Assembly: GCA_951406725.2 (NCBI GenBank)
Contig: OX597826.1
Location: 42,098,001 to 42,162,000, forward strand
Source: Octopus vulgaris
Taxonomy: Eukaryota
Reading direction: 5' to 3'
Length of the DNA: 64,000 bases
Part shown: positions 38,580-51,275 of the stretch, piece after piece
How the letters are laid out: each line of letters opens with the position of its first letter
Numbering within the stretch: the stretch's first letter is position 1
Notes under the pieces: model-generated
The model's database searches: none
Told to the model about the DNA's origin: nothing
The model's input: the letters and a program-made list of their open reading frames with translations, nothing else
Position numbers and translations under genes: made by a program

Positions 38580-39720
38580 TGAACTCCAGATCTCAAACAG
38601 ATGAAAACTACCACTCCACATAGCAAACTTGTCCAAGAGAAAATTCAACATCTTGAAACTTCTGGACGAAAGACTCGTTGAAGTATTCCAAGATGTCATT
38701 AATGAAGAATTAACCAATAATATTGTCAATTCCCCAAATTAAAGTAAGAATTGATCACATACTGAAACATTAACACAGAAAAGGCTATCGGGTTTGCAAA
38801 ATGAAGAATCCGGATTAGTTTCAGGACTGTAATGAAGAAATAACTCGTTTCCTCAATCTTAAAAGAGAAAACCATGTTTCCTTTAAACAAGATTCAAAAT
38901 CCCTTTTGAAAGAAATCCATTTTCGGGATTTCAAGATAAAAATTCCATCTCAACTCCTTCGGTCCATGAACAACTGGTGATACAAATTGCTAAAGAACTT
39001 CAGAAATACATAGGTGGACGAGACAAGCAAATCTTTTATGCGGAAACCGATTAGTATACGGGCATATCAGCATTAGTATACGATTAGTATACGATTAGTA
39101 TACGGGCATATCAGCATTCTTAAATGGGAATTCCTTCACTGCAAAAGACTTTCTTCAAAACGTACTCCCAAATCCTCCACAACGTTTCATAGACTTATAC
39201 AACCATCACTAGTGTGCTACAAAAGTATTCGAAAACGGAAAATTTAGCTCTGGAACTCATTCATAATGGCGGTTTACTTTTAAAAGTAGGAAAGACTCTG
39301 AGAATACCTGATGATTTGAAAAATTCCATCATCATTCTCTGGCAATACCTGTGGTAACTCGCGGTGCCTGAGGTCACTCGTAGCATCTGTGGTAATTCGA
39401 CTAGTTTGGGTAACTACCATTGTGAAAGATTCCTACTTTTCATCGCAGAAAATCTTACCTGAGTCACGATGGAATGTTTGGACAAATTTCTCACCAGAAG
39501 AATATCTCAGGAGAGTAGACAAAAATAAAGTTTGCGTACTCGCCCCAACCCTATTGTCTCTGTATCAGATGACCATGTTCTATGAACTATCAGCAGCAAA
39601 TAACTCAGATGTGGAAACCAGGTAACTTTTTGATGAATGAAATTTTAACTGTTCACACTCCGATCATAAAAACTGGCCAATGTCACACGAATCTTAGAAC
39701 AGCAGCAAACTGGTGCCAGC
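38580..39720 (+). pseudogene. Decayed coding-like sequence of unknown origin
   Basis: Long protein-like stretches broken by isolated stops and frameshifts; no family motif recognised. Confidence 0.4.
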
Positions 39721-39894
39721 ACAAAGCCTTATGAAGACGAAATATACAGTGCAATGACCCGTTGTCTGTTTGATTTCTAGTCTACGTACTGATCGTAATT
39801 GTGGGATTCACTCTCTTTCTCGAACTTCTTTAGCTTGGCAGCTTCAAATATTCCAGCATTGAATCACATGTTGGTGTCTATATATATATAAACA

Positions 39895-39937
<43 letters not shown>

Positions 39938-40328
39938 GTAATTTGCCTTATATATGTATAATATGCACTAGCAGTAGTAGGTTTTCATGCAGAAGGAGGG
40001 TACAGTGTCTCTCATGAGATCCCAACGCAGGAAATTCACCTGATTGGTCTCTCTTTTCCAGCCACACAGTGTTGGTTAAAATCTACAGATATATTATGTA
40101 CTATAATATAGCAATGAAACAATGCACTGTTAACAAGGCAGTGACTTATTTATTGAACCAGCTGCCTAGAGTGAATTATGTATGTAAATCATTCTATTCG
40201 AATTACTTAAAACATAGGTAATTCTGAGTTTATAAAGTGTACCACTGTACAGAATGAAAGAGAATATTCAAACACTGATGATATTTACGTATATATGTAC
40301 AGGTACACACGCAAACACACATTTATAT

Positions 40329-40394
<66 letters not shown>

Positions 40395-40548
40395 GAAAAA
40401 TTTCAGTGAAATCCGTGAAGGTAGAGTCAGTAGATCCAGTGGTAATCCGGGTGGAGTGCTGAAAGTTCGGGAAGTGGTTCAGATAAGCAATCCAAAGGGT
40501 AGGAAGTTCAGTCAGGATCAAATTGAGGTAACCACGTGAGCGTATAAT

Positions 40549-40938
40549 ATATAGTTGAAATTTATAGAAAAACAAAAGTCGGAGACAGGTGTATGAATAA
40601 CAAGCAAATGTATTAGTTTGACGCTCGGGAAAAAAAGGAAAAGGTCTTTTGCGTTTCGAACCTACGCTCTTCAACAGAAAGGAATAAGAGAAAATAAACA
40701 GAGAGAGAACGGAAAAAACCTGTAGATTTTAGCGGTCCGCGGTCCACGTTGGACCACAGAAATCTACAAGCTGTATTCATTCTCTCTCTGTTTATTTTCT
40801 CTTATTCCTTTCTGTTGAAGAGCGTTGGCTCGAAACGTAAAAACCTTTTTCATTTTGCCCAAGCGTCAAACTAATGCACTTGCTTGTTGTTCGTACACCT
40901 GTCTTCGTCTTTTGTTTTTCAATAAATTTCAACTATAT
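40549..40938. mobile_element. About 390-bp imperfect palindrome of a hammerhead-bearing repeat (Penelope pseudo-LTR-like)
   Basis: The left and right halves are reverse complements; minimal hammerhead motifs at 40645-40681(-) and 40808-40843(+). Confidence 0.85.
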
Positions 40939-41174
40939 AGGTAGGTACTTTTTATGTATGTATGTATGTATGTATGTATGTATGTATGTATGTATGTATG
41001 TATGTATGTATGCATGTATGCATGTATGTATGCATGTATGCATGTATGTATGTATGTATGTATGTATGTATGTATGTATGTATGTATGTATGAATGTATG
41101 CATGTATGCATGTATGCATGTATGTATGTATGTATGTATGTATGTATGTATTTATGTATGTATGTGTGTATGTA

Positions 41175-42175
41175 GTCATGTCTCTTCTATTGTTTGATTA
41201 TTATAAATCTTCTACTGAGGAGGGGGCCAGTTTCCATCAAAGATACAAGACTCCATCTTCGGGATGTAGTTAACACAGACATATATATATTTGGAACTTG
41301 AGAGAAGTCTTACATATTTTTACTGTTCCGCTCACATATTGGACTTGTAATGTACGAATTAGCCGGTCGATTTCTCTTTCTGATAATCCCAGTTAATCCG
41401 GATTCTCCTTTAAGCATTTACTAACAAGGCCCAGAACTCCAATTATTATTGGTATGAATATGAATTCATAGTCTGGATATAGAAGCTGGAGGTTTCGAAG
41501 CAGTTGTCCATAGATATCCTCTTTTTCGTTGATTTTCAAAGAGATATTAATATCTGAAGGGCAGCTAACTTCTATGATGGTACATACCTTTGCCCCTCTG
41601 TCCCAAACAACAATATCCGCCCTGTTATGCTTACATTTGACAGAAGTTTTGGTGGGAATATACCACCAGTATTCCTTGAGTTGGTGTTTATGAATGTATT
41701 CCATAACAGAGCGATTTTCTAAGCTATTTCAGGACAGTCTTTTTTGCGGATAACATTGTCAATTGCTTTAGCAACAACATCGTGCCGCATAGGGAGGTAG
41801 TACCGTGGTGACACTTTAGGACAGCTGCTAATCACATGCGTAATGTCTTCCACTGAAACGTGATGTAGCCTACACGTTCGTTTGCACCTTGGGATTACAA
41901 AAGCGTCACTGTCTCTCTTGTTCACCAGGTACTTTGTGTCAATCTTCTGTTCCTGGATTTCAAACGCATAGCCTTCAAAGTGTGATGTAAAGTAATAGTC
42001 TAGTGTCCAAGAGAGGATGTGCTTCGTGTCAATTCCACTGTCTTCTTCAAGCTCCCGGGCAACATACCCGTGCATGGTGTTTTTTTTTTTGTATACTGAG
42101 TGCTTTCCATCCACGTCTTCTCTGAGGTAAGAAAGCCCAGCTGTTTTGGGGCTGTAAAGATCACCAGGAAGAGAA
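41175..42175 (-). mobile_element. 3' part of an RLE (R4/Dong-type) non-LTR retrotransposon
   Basis: CRL...VEDITHVISSCPK..MRHDVVAK finger and HNRADIVVWD..IIEVSCP..EKEDIY..IPIIIGVLG endonuclease motif; frameshifted. Confidence 0.88.
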
Positions 42176-42201
42176 TGCATGTACGTATCTACGTGCGTAT
42201 G

Positions 42202-42265
<64 letters not shown>

Positions 42266-43016
42266 TGTGTTAGTAAGCAATGTCTCTATGAACTGCTAAA
42301 AAGGTCAGGCAGTCTCTGGAGAAACCGCAAAATATGACCTAGTACTAGGCGTTCTTTTTGTATGTAAAGACAGAATGCTTACACACACACATGCACATAC
42401 ACATACACACACACACGCGCGCGCGCGCGCGTATATAAATATACGCATACATACAATTTTGGCTAAAAATCTATCCCCCTACTCAGTTGTACAGTATAAT
42501 ACTGAAACAAAGAATTGTCACACCTACATGGTAGAGAAGACATTTAATGAGACACGAAAGGGTTATACTCACTTCGAATTTAAAGTTATTTCATTAAGTG
42601 TCAAGGTTTTCATTACTTAACAGTGACCAGGTCACGTACACAGTTCCACTACAACTATATCAGCGATCATGTCGCAGGTGCGCAACGAAAATTCTAACAC
42701 CTTATGAAATAATTTTATATTCAAAGAAATTTGTAACAAATTTATGTCTCAGATCAAGACCTCTTGTACAAAAGTATAAGGACATAAATATTGTTTATTT
42801 TCCAGGAATTTAATCGGACTTGAAGTCAAGAAACCATTTGTTTGCCAATCAAGGTTTACATAAGTCTTTAGAAACAATAGGTTTATAAGTAGTGGTAGTG
42901 TAGTAACAAGAAAAAAAACTAGCTTAGTTGATCTATCTTCTTTTTTGATCCTCGAAGATAGTATAAATAAAAGCACAATGTCAACACAATTATTTCATAC
43001 AGAGTTGGCTAAATTT

Positions 43017-43228
43017 TATATTGATATCAAATTTTGGCGCAAGGCCAGCAATTTCGGGTGGAGGAGAAAGTCGATTATAAATACCCCAGTGTTCAGCTCG
43101 TATGTATTTTATCAACCCTGAAAGGATGAAAGGCAAAGTCAACCTCGGCAGAATTTGAACATAAAGACGGACGAAATGCTGCTAAGCATTTTGCACCCGT
43201 GCTAACGATACTGCCAGTTCGCCATCTT
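43017..43228 (-). mobile_element. OK-like SINE (alternative tail) with 16-bp TSD
   Basis: TSD agagttggctaaattt at 43001-43016 and 43229-43244. Confidence 0.9.
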
Positions 43229-43314
43229 AGAGTTGGCTAAATTTCATAGAAATAATATGCTGTACAGTATGTCATATAGCCTGCGCGCGTGTGCGTGCGT
43301 GTATACACATACAC

Positions 43315-43351
<37 letters not shown>

Positions 43352-43353
<2 letters not shown>

Positions 43354-43590
43354 AGGTGGTATCAAAAAGTTCCCGGACGAGTTATGTTTACTAAAAAATA
43401 ATTTATTTACCTACGTTTTAACAGCAATCATCTTTCAAATAGACGCCTTGTGCAGGAATATACCGGTCCTAGCGTTCCTGCCACTTTTGGAATCCGGCCT
43501 AGAAGTCGTTTTCCGTAAGCCAGTCAAAGACCTGCGATTCATTTTGGATTTCAACAACAGTGTTAAAACGGTGACCTTTGAGGTGCAAAA
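43352..43590 (-). mobile_element. mariner 3' relic
   Basis: TIR cgaggtggtatcaaaaagttcccggac; the minus strand reads ..LTENDF*AGFQKWQER*DRYIPAQGVY, a mariner C-terminal signature. Confidence 0.8.
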
Positions 43591-44233
43591 AATGAAAGGG
43601 AAAGAGGAGGGAAAGTGACCATGAATAGAAGGCCAAGAAATGTGAGAGAGGGGGAACAAAAGAACGAAAAGTTGAATGAACGAAGTAAGTTTAAAAGGGC
43701 TCCGAGAGAGAGAGAGAGAGAGAGAGGGGGGAGTGAAAAGGTATCTGATAAACAGAAGTAAGAAATAGTTTATCTCATTTTATCGCTGTGTGTTTGTGAG
43801 CCGATGCTGGAGTGGATATATGAATGAACCCCACCACACGACTGGTTCCTTAATGAATATTATCCATGGGGGTGACAGTGGTTGGGGGATAAAATTACAA
43901 ACCCGATATAGGTACGATTTAAACAGGGAAGAAAGACCAAAAAAGAAAAAAAAAACTCTATAATACAGTGTCTACCACTACCACCACCGATAATGCAGAG
44001 CCACAACGTGGTCGCTTGAACAGTTAAAAACAAACAATATTTTCGTTAAATATCATGATACGCTCTTAAAACTGAAAGAACAATGTAGCGATACTCCAAG
44101 TTAGAATGGTCACGGTTGCAATACCGTTAAAGATAGACCTGTATGACTGAGAGTTGACTTGGAAAATAAATAAATAACAGCAACAGTGAGCAGACAAGTA
44201 GCTAGAAATAGAAGTCAAATACCAAACAAATCA

Positions 44234-44645
44234 GGATCTTTTCGGTTTGAACGGCAGTTTTTAACATAATTTCTAGGTAACTAAAAAAATTTAAACTTCG
44301 TATACTGGTAGAATCTGTTTATAAAACATCTTTTTTCTCTTGCCTTTATTGAGAAAATTCTATAGTTTGTAAGATATTTGTTGTTTCTTTTCTTCAATTT
44401 CTGCAATTTCAACTAATCACTGACGTGTATTGAGGTAAAATACATTCTGTGCCGTATGAATATGTCCCTCGTTTAAGAAACAGGTTGGGTTTATTTACAT
44501 TTGTGAAGAAAAAAAGATACCCTTCCCTCCACCCCTAACCCTAAAACAGATTGAAATGCAATAGATCGAAACTAGGGTCATAATTATGGGTGACAATTTC
44601 ATATGACACCGCTAGGAAAAACTGCCGTTCAAACCCAAAAGAGCC
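44234..44645. mobile_element. MITE with 29-bp TIRs and 8-bp TSD (Merlin-like)
   Basis: TIRs ggatcttttcggtttgaacggcagttttt and aaaaactgccgttcaaacccaaaagagcc; TSD acaaatca at 44226-44233 and 44646-44653; GG termini with an 8-bp TSD fit Merlin. Confidence 0.85.
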
Positions 44646-44680
44646 ACAAATCACGCCAAAGAGACTTTTCTGTTATCCTT

Positions 44681-45175
44681 TATTTGTTTCAGTTATTGGA
44701 TTGTAAGGCTTTCACTAGTTTTATCGAACAAATTGACACCGGTGTTTGTTGTAAAATCTGGTACTCATTCTATCAGTTGCTTTGTGTCGGACTGCTAAAC
44801 AAAGAAACACTTAAACAAAGAGACACCGGTTGTCTACCGGTGCTGGGGGACAAATACAACAAAGACACACACACACACACACACACACATACAAAAACAC
44901 ACACACACACAAACACACACACGCACATATGCGCGTGAATGTGTGTTTTTGTGCACGTATATGTATGTGTGCTGTGTGTTTGATGATGTTGTGTATGTGT
45001 TTGGCCCTTGCCGTCGCTTGACAACCGATGCTGGTTTGTTTATGTCCCCGTACTTAGTGGTTCGACAACACAGATTGATAAAAGAAGTACTGGGATCGTT
45101 TGTTCGATTAAAACCTTCAAGGCGGTGCCCCAGCATGGTCGCAAACCATTGACGGAAACAAATAAGTAGATAAAA
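44681..45175. mobile_element. Two 3' halves of SINE family C in inverted orientation around a (CA)n/(TG)n centre
   Basis: 44681-44860 is on the minus strand and 44995-45175 on the plus strand. Confidence 0.75.
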
Positions 45176-45235
45176 AAAATGTATTAAACATACATACATG
45201 CATAAATGCATACCTACCTACCTACCTACCTACCT

Positions 45236-45473
45236 AGTGTTCTACATGAGAGTGGTCATATTTTGCCAATTAAACGCACGCACAATTTATTTAGTCTTCA
45301 CTTCATTTTACAATTATTATTTAGCTGTATTATGATTATTTTAGTTTCTCTGTCAACATTCTTTCGTCACAACTAAAGAAGCTAAAATAACAATGGTAAA
45401 ATGAGGTGAAGATCAAATATACAGTGCGTGTGTTTATTTGGTAAATTATGACCACCTCCAAGTATAACAAACT
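45236..45473. mobile_element. Palindromic MITE, about 240 bp
   Basis: gtggtcatattttgccaattaaacgcacgcac pairs with gtgcgtgtgtttatttggtaaattatgaccac; pairing extends about 90 bp. Confidence 0.8.
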
Positions 45474-45557
45474 GTGTTTAAACTCAGTTTAACATTAAGA
45501 GTCTTGCAAAAGAATTTCATAAACGCCTATATACGAGTATATATACATATATATATA

Positions 45558-46132
<575 letters not shown>

Positions 46133-46151
46133 AAGTGAAAAAAATGTATGG

Positions 46152-46583
46152 TAAATAAACAAACATAACATATACTGAGTGTACAACAGGACGGGAGACA
46201 TGCACAGAAAGTCCCTAATTCTCCATCAATTATCAACCGATTGTTAATACTCAGTTTCGCACCATTAAGGATAAGATTGAGGGCTTCCCATATTAGTGGT
46301 GCCCGCAAAAAAGTTTGGCGGAAAATTCGTCTAGTGCAAACAAAACAAAGTAATATAACACAGATTGGGATTTTGCACGGTGGACAAGGACGAACAGAGG
46401 AGCAAAATACGACCTTATGGCCAAGAAGAGACGAATAGCAGGTAACGCTTAGAAGATATCCTAAATGATGGAGAACGGAGAGACAGAGAATCTGCGAATG
46501 GTCAGCTACGGGACCAGTGTGAGAAAGGGAGAAAGCTGGCCGCGGTTGTACATTCAGTATACGTTATGCTATTTGTTTATTTA
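46152..46583. mobile_element. Unit bounded by about 37-bp imperfect inverted repeats, next to (TA)n
   Basis: taaataaacaaacataacatatactgagtgtacaac versus gttgtacattcagtatacgttatgctatttgtttattta. Confidence 0.65.
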
Positions 46584-46584
46584 A

Positions 46585-48560
46585 CTTAGATAAGTTAGGT
46601 TAGTTTCGACCATGGCTAAATCAATAGTACTAAATCTTGACTAAATCAATAGTACTAAATCATGACTAAATCAATAGTACCACCTGGAAAAGTATTTTAG
46701 TTAATTATTTCGGGACATTATGAACCACTCCAGCAGAGAGTTGTTGGTTGAGACGTATCCAGGTGTTGGTGGTTTATCTGGTATTTCCTGGAGGAATTTG
46801 TCCAGGTATTATTTGAAAGGTGTGGGTCGTTTTCTGCTTTAATTTCTTTGGGATAACATTGAAAAGAGCAGGACCATTTGCAGTGAAGACATTGGGTCGC
46901 AATGCTCTTATGTGATGTGATCTCGATCTTTGTAGGGGACGCATTGCACGAGGGCCTAGTCTTGGGTGAATTGTAAACATAATACCGATATTATTTGGAT
47001 AATATTGGTGGTATATTTTCCACATGGTGCAAATAATGTATCGCTCACGGCGGCGTTGCAGAGAATTGAGTTTCAGCTGTTTAAGTCGAGCCCAATAAAC
47101 AAGTCCTATCATGCCATTTATTTTTTTAGCGATTTATCTTTGTGGTGCTTCGATCCTCATTATGTCTTTTTTTTTTTTTTGTAGGGGGACCCCAATGGGC
47201 AGCAGTATTCGAGGTGGGGCCAAGCGAATGTGGAGAAGAGAAGGGAGATGGCTTCATGATCCCTAGATTGTAAAGTTCTCAGGATCCATGAACACATTCT
47301 GCGAGCACCATCGACTTTTTTGTTGATATGCACACTTCAGCTAAGCTTACACCTAAGTCTCTGATATGATCGACGGTTCAAGTAGGTCACCTGACAGTAA
47401 TGTAAATGGTTGTTTGGGTGTATCCTCTTTTCCAAAGTGGATGAGCTCAACTGTTTCTTTGTTCAACTGCATATTGTTTTTTTTTTGTGCCCATAGGGTT
47501 ACTGCACATAGGTCAGATTGAAGTATCATTCGATCATATTCTCCTTTAATGACTTTCTGGAGCTTAGAGTCATCAACAAATATTTTAATGGTACTATGTT
47601 CAATGGAATCTGCAATGTTACTGATATAGACAATAAAATGGAGTGGACCCAGCACAGTACCCTGTGAGACTCCGCTGATGACTTTTGCCGGTCTTGAGTG
47701 GATGCCATCAACCACAATATAATGTGTCCTGTTTGTTAAGAAATACCTAATCCATTGAAGTAGCTTTCCACCAACTCCAGTGTTGGATAGTTTCCTTAAT
47801 AGTATATTGTGGTCGACTCGGTAGTTTACAGGGAGCGATTTATTCCCCTTTTTTTTAAGATAGGGGCGACTGTCTGGGAGAAAAGGTTTTGAGGGATAAA
47901 ACCAGCATCAAGTGATTTCCTCCAGAGATTTGCTAGAGGAGCTGCAAGTTGATGTCTCCATTCCTTCAGCACTCTAGCAGGGAACCTGTCTGGACCCGCT
48001 GCTGAGCAGATTTGATATCTTTTATTACTGCTAGGATACCAGTAGCGTCCAGGGTTATGTCGGAAAGGACATATTGAAAACAGAGCAGTATTAACTTTGT
48101 AGGATCTTAGCCATGTCTTTGGCATCACTGTGAAGGATGTCATTTCCAGTGGGCCGATAGAGGAAACTGTGGTCCTATGTTTTTGCAAAGGAGTAAAAGA
48201 CCTTTGGATTATTCGTGATGTTTTTAATAGTCCAGGCTTCCTCTGCAGCTCTTTGGTCGTTTATGAGTGTTCTCATACAGTCCTGCAGTTGTTGCTTCTT
48301 TGATTCCAAGGTTGCTAATGTTCTCGATTGGGGGTGATCCTGATGGTGGTATTTTAGAGTATTGATTTTTCGGTCTATATTTTTATTCTCTTGGTGAGCG
48401 CTTTTCTCTATTTTGGAATCCTGCACCTACTGCTATTTATGAGTAGTGAGGGTGGTGTTTTGAGCTTATGTGGGTGACTGTATCCTCAAATAGTTGCCAT
48501 GCGTTTGTGCTTGTTGTAGTATTGGGGGAAGCAAGGGTGAAGGACAAGTTCATTTGCAAT
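46585..48560 (-). mobile_element. Decayed CR1-group LINE (RT and C-terminus), internally deleted
   Basis: SAAGPDRFPARVLKE, SGVSQGTVLGPLHF, IFVDDSKL, LKLNSLQRRRERY, GPALFNVIPK; frameshifts. Confidence 0.92.
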
Positions 48561-48661
48561 AACTCTTGAGTGATCGCACTCTAGTTTGACTTGTGCAAAT
48601 TCATATTATCAAATGGGTGCACTGGAGTTAGTGATTTATGAAATGGAACGCGACACACACC

Positions 48662-48666
48662 GAATT

Positions 48667-48726
<60 letters not shown>

Positions 48727-48784
48727 CTTTCAATTAGTATATATATGTATATATATATGTATATATATATATAGCCTTTCAATT

Positions 48785-48826
<42 letters not shown>

Positions 48827-48861
48827 CATATATAGGCTTTCAATTAGTATATATATGTATA

Positions 48862-48893
<32 letters not shown>

Positions 48894-48932
48894 GCCTTTC
48901 AATTGGTATATATATATATATATATATATATA
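48662..48932. repeat. Higher-order repeat: four g(g/c)ctttcaatt(a/g)g monomers separated by (TA)n tracts
   Basis: Monomers near 48725, 48774, 48835 and 48894, alternating between two variants. Confidence 0.85.
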
Positions 48933-49138
48933 TAACGGGAAGCTTTATGAAAATAAACAAAAGACGAAGGCAGGTGGAGTACAAACAAACAATTGTATTA
49001 GTATGGCGCTCAGGAATAGAAATAAAACCAGTCTTTTACGTTTCGAGCCTACGCTCTTCAACAGAAAGATACGCAGAAAAGAAACACGGAGAGAAACAAG
49101 GAGAGAAAAAAAATGCGTGCAGAAGCTAGCGATTCAAC

Positions 49139-49140
<2 letters not shown>
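48933..49140 (-). mobile_element. Hammerhead-bearing repeat related to 40549, in (TA)n
   Basis: 49032-49069(-): tcttt-CTGTTGAA-gagc gtag gctc-GAAAC-GTA-aaaga. Confidence 0.75.
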
Positions 49141-49200
<60 letters not shown>

Positions 49201-49334
49201 AAATAAATGGCAAGACAACAAAAGAATGAAAGAGACCTCGACATTATGTAAATAGAGGAATTTATCTGTAAATATAATATGTGACAATTATTCGGTAGCC
49301 ATGATAAAACTCCGAGTTATATTTACAGATATAT

Positions 49335-49622
49335 GTTTGTTCTTTCTCAAGCCATGCCTGGCTCATAGGGCCGGTTTCCCGGTTTCCTTGGCGTATAGGT
49401 AACCCATCTGGACGAGACGCCGGTTCGTCGCAGGTGAGCTGCAAGATGCAGGAGGAAAGAGTGAGGGAAAGTGATGGCGAAGGAGTCAGCAGAAGTTAGC
49501 CATTACCTTCTGCCGGAGCCGCGTGCAGCTTAGGTATTTCGCTCATAAACACACACATCGCCCGGTCTGAGATTCGAACCCGCGATCCCTCAACTGCGAG
49601 TCCGCTGCTCTAACCACTAAGG
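49335..49622 (-). mobile_element. SINE (head A-like, tail Z with V-domain-like block)
   Basis: Head resembles 10775; the 3' part cctgcgacgaaccggcgtctcgtccag resembles the V-SINE central motif. Confidence 0.8.
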
Positions 49623-49997
49623 CGATCCTTCACTAAATCCATTTATGAGGCTTTTTGACCAAGCACTTTGACTGAGCACTAAACCAGATGGTTGGGAAGC
49701 AAGCTTCTTACTACACAACCGCGCATACGCCTATGATTTAAAAAGAAATTTAAAGGAACTGTTGGATAATGTAGTCTTAGATGTACAATGACAGAAGCAA
49801 GAAAATAAAAAAGGAAGGAGGGTTACAGGTGGAATATATTTGATTATAGCAGTGGTTAATCCAGTACTGACCTGGGGCTAAACATCTACAAAATATCCGA
49901 CCACCATAAATTAATGAAAAGTAATTTGAATAGCATTTGACATGTTTACGGTAATTTATCTCCCTTGAGTCAATCACATTCCACAGCTGTTGTATTA

Positions 49998-50120
<123 letters not shown>

Positions 50121-51048
50121 GCGTCAAATTATTACTCTCCTGTCATATCAATTTCGTAGCCCTACCCTCATTAATCAAGAATCAATCATTTCTCTGTAAT
50201 GTATTTCCTTACATAAATATTTCCATTTACTCTGTTTCTGTTTACCTTCTTAAACCGTTAGAGCTTCCACCGCATTTAAAAAAAAAATTCAAATTCTAGG
50301 CTTTAAAAAATCCATTCTTTTCCTTTGTTGAGTTAGTGATTTCTCCCCCCCCCCCCCATCTGCCTAGCCTCCTACCATCTTACATATAAATTTTTCCTAA
50401 CCCCTACCGACTCAATTTCACTCCTTCGTCTATTGTACTGTCATCCTTCTTTTAGTTATATAGGTATGTACACATGTTTGTAAGCACGTATGAAGGAACA
50501 TATGTATGTTTACGCATACACACACGCATATATGTGTATGTGTATATATATATATATGTATGTATGTATGTATGGGCAATCTTTCGAAATGCCTGTATAT
50601 GAGTATATATGTATCAGCCAAAATTGCGAGGATGATCCGGTTCTTGACTGAAGATTAGAGGCTTCGAATGACCCGTCCGTTTTTGTATCGTCTACTTGAA
50701 TGTTTTACGTTCTTGTCCCATTTTGTATTTTTATATATATATTTTTATACATATATATTTTTATACATATATATATATATATACTATGTATATATATGTC
50801 TGTCTTTCTATCTCTCTATCAATCTACAAGTATGTTGCTTATAAGCACACATAAAATCACGGGCGCGCACGTGCACACAAAAACAAGAGGCATACGCTTG
50901 CATATACATATGTATGTACGTATGTTTATTTGTACATGAATGTATAAGAGTATACACGAATATGTGTGTACGTCTGCATGTATACACACACACATATACA
51001 TACGTATGTCTATATACATATATATGTATGTATATATACATATATATG

Positions 51049-51079
<31 letters not shown>

Positions 51080-51080
<1 letters not shown>

Positions 51081-51275
51081 GTTAATCCAAACATGAAAAC
51101 ACAAAGAGAAATCACAACAACGTGAGGATGTGGAACAAATATAGTATTATTGGACGCTCAGGAAAGAAGGAAAGAAGGAGGGTTTAACGTTCCGAGCGGA
51201 GCTCTTCGTCGGAAACATAGGAGAAGGGAAGACAGAGGAAAAAAATCGCCAACGGTACACACTCGGTCACATTTT
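51080..51275 (-). mobile_element. Hammerhead-bearing repeat (second subfamily) in (TA)n
   Basis: 51182-51216(-): gttt-CCGACGAA-gagc tcc gctc-GGAAC-GTT-aaac; sister copy at 54690. Confidence 0.7.

Noticed and set aside
49195-49331. TA-adjacent segment with a 15-bp inverted repeat (49263-49277 and 49317-49331)
   Set aside because: Resembles the other fold-back relics but is too short and has no ribozyme motif, so it cannot be classified.
50627-50720. CTGAAGA motif in a TA-flanked island, possible hammerhead
   Set aside because: No downstream GAAA with a closing helix II could be built.
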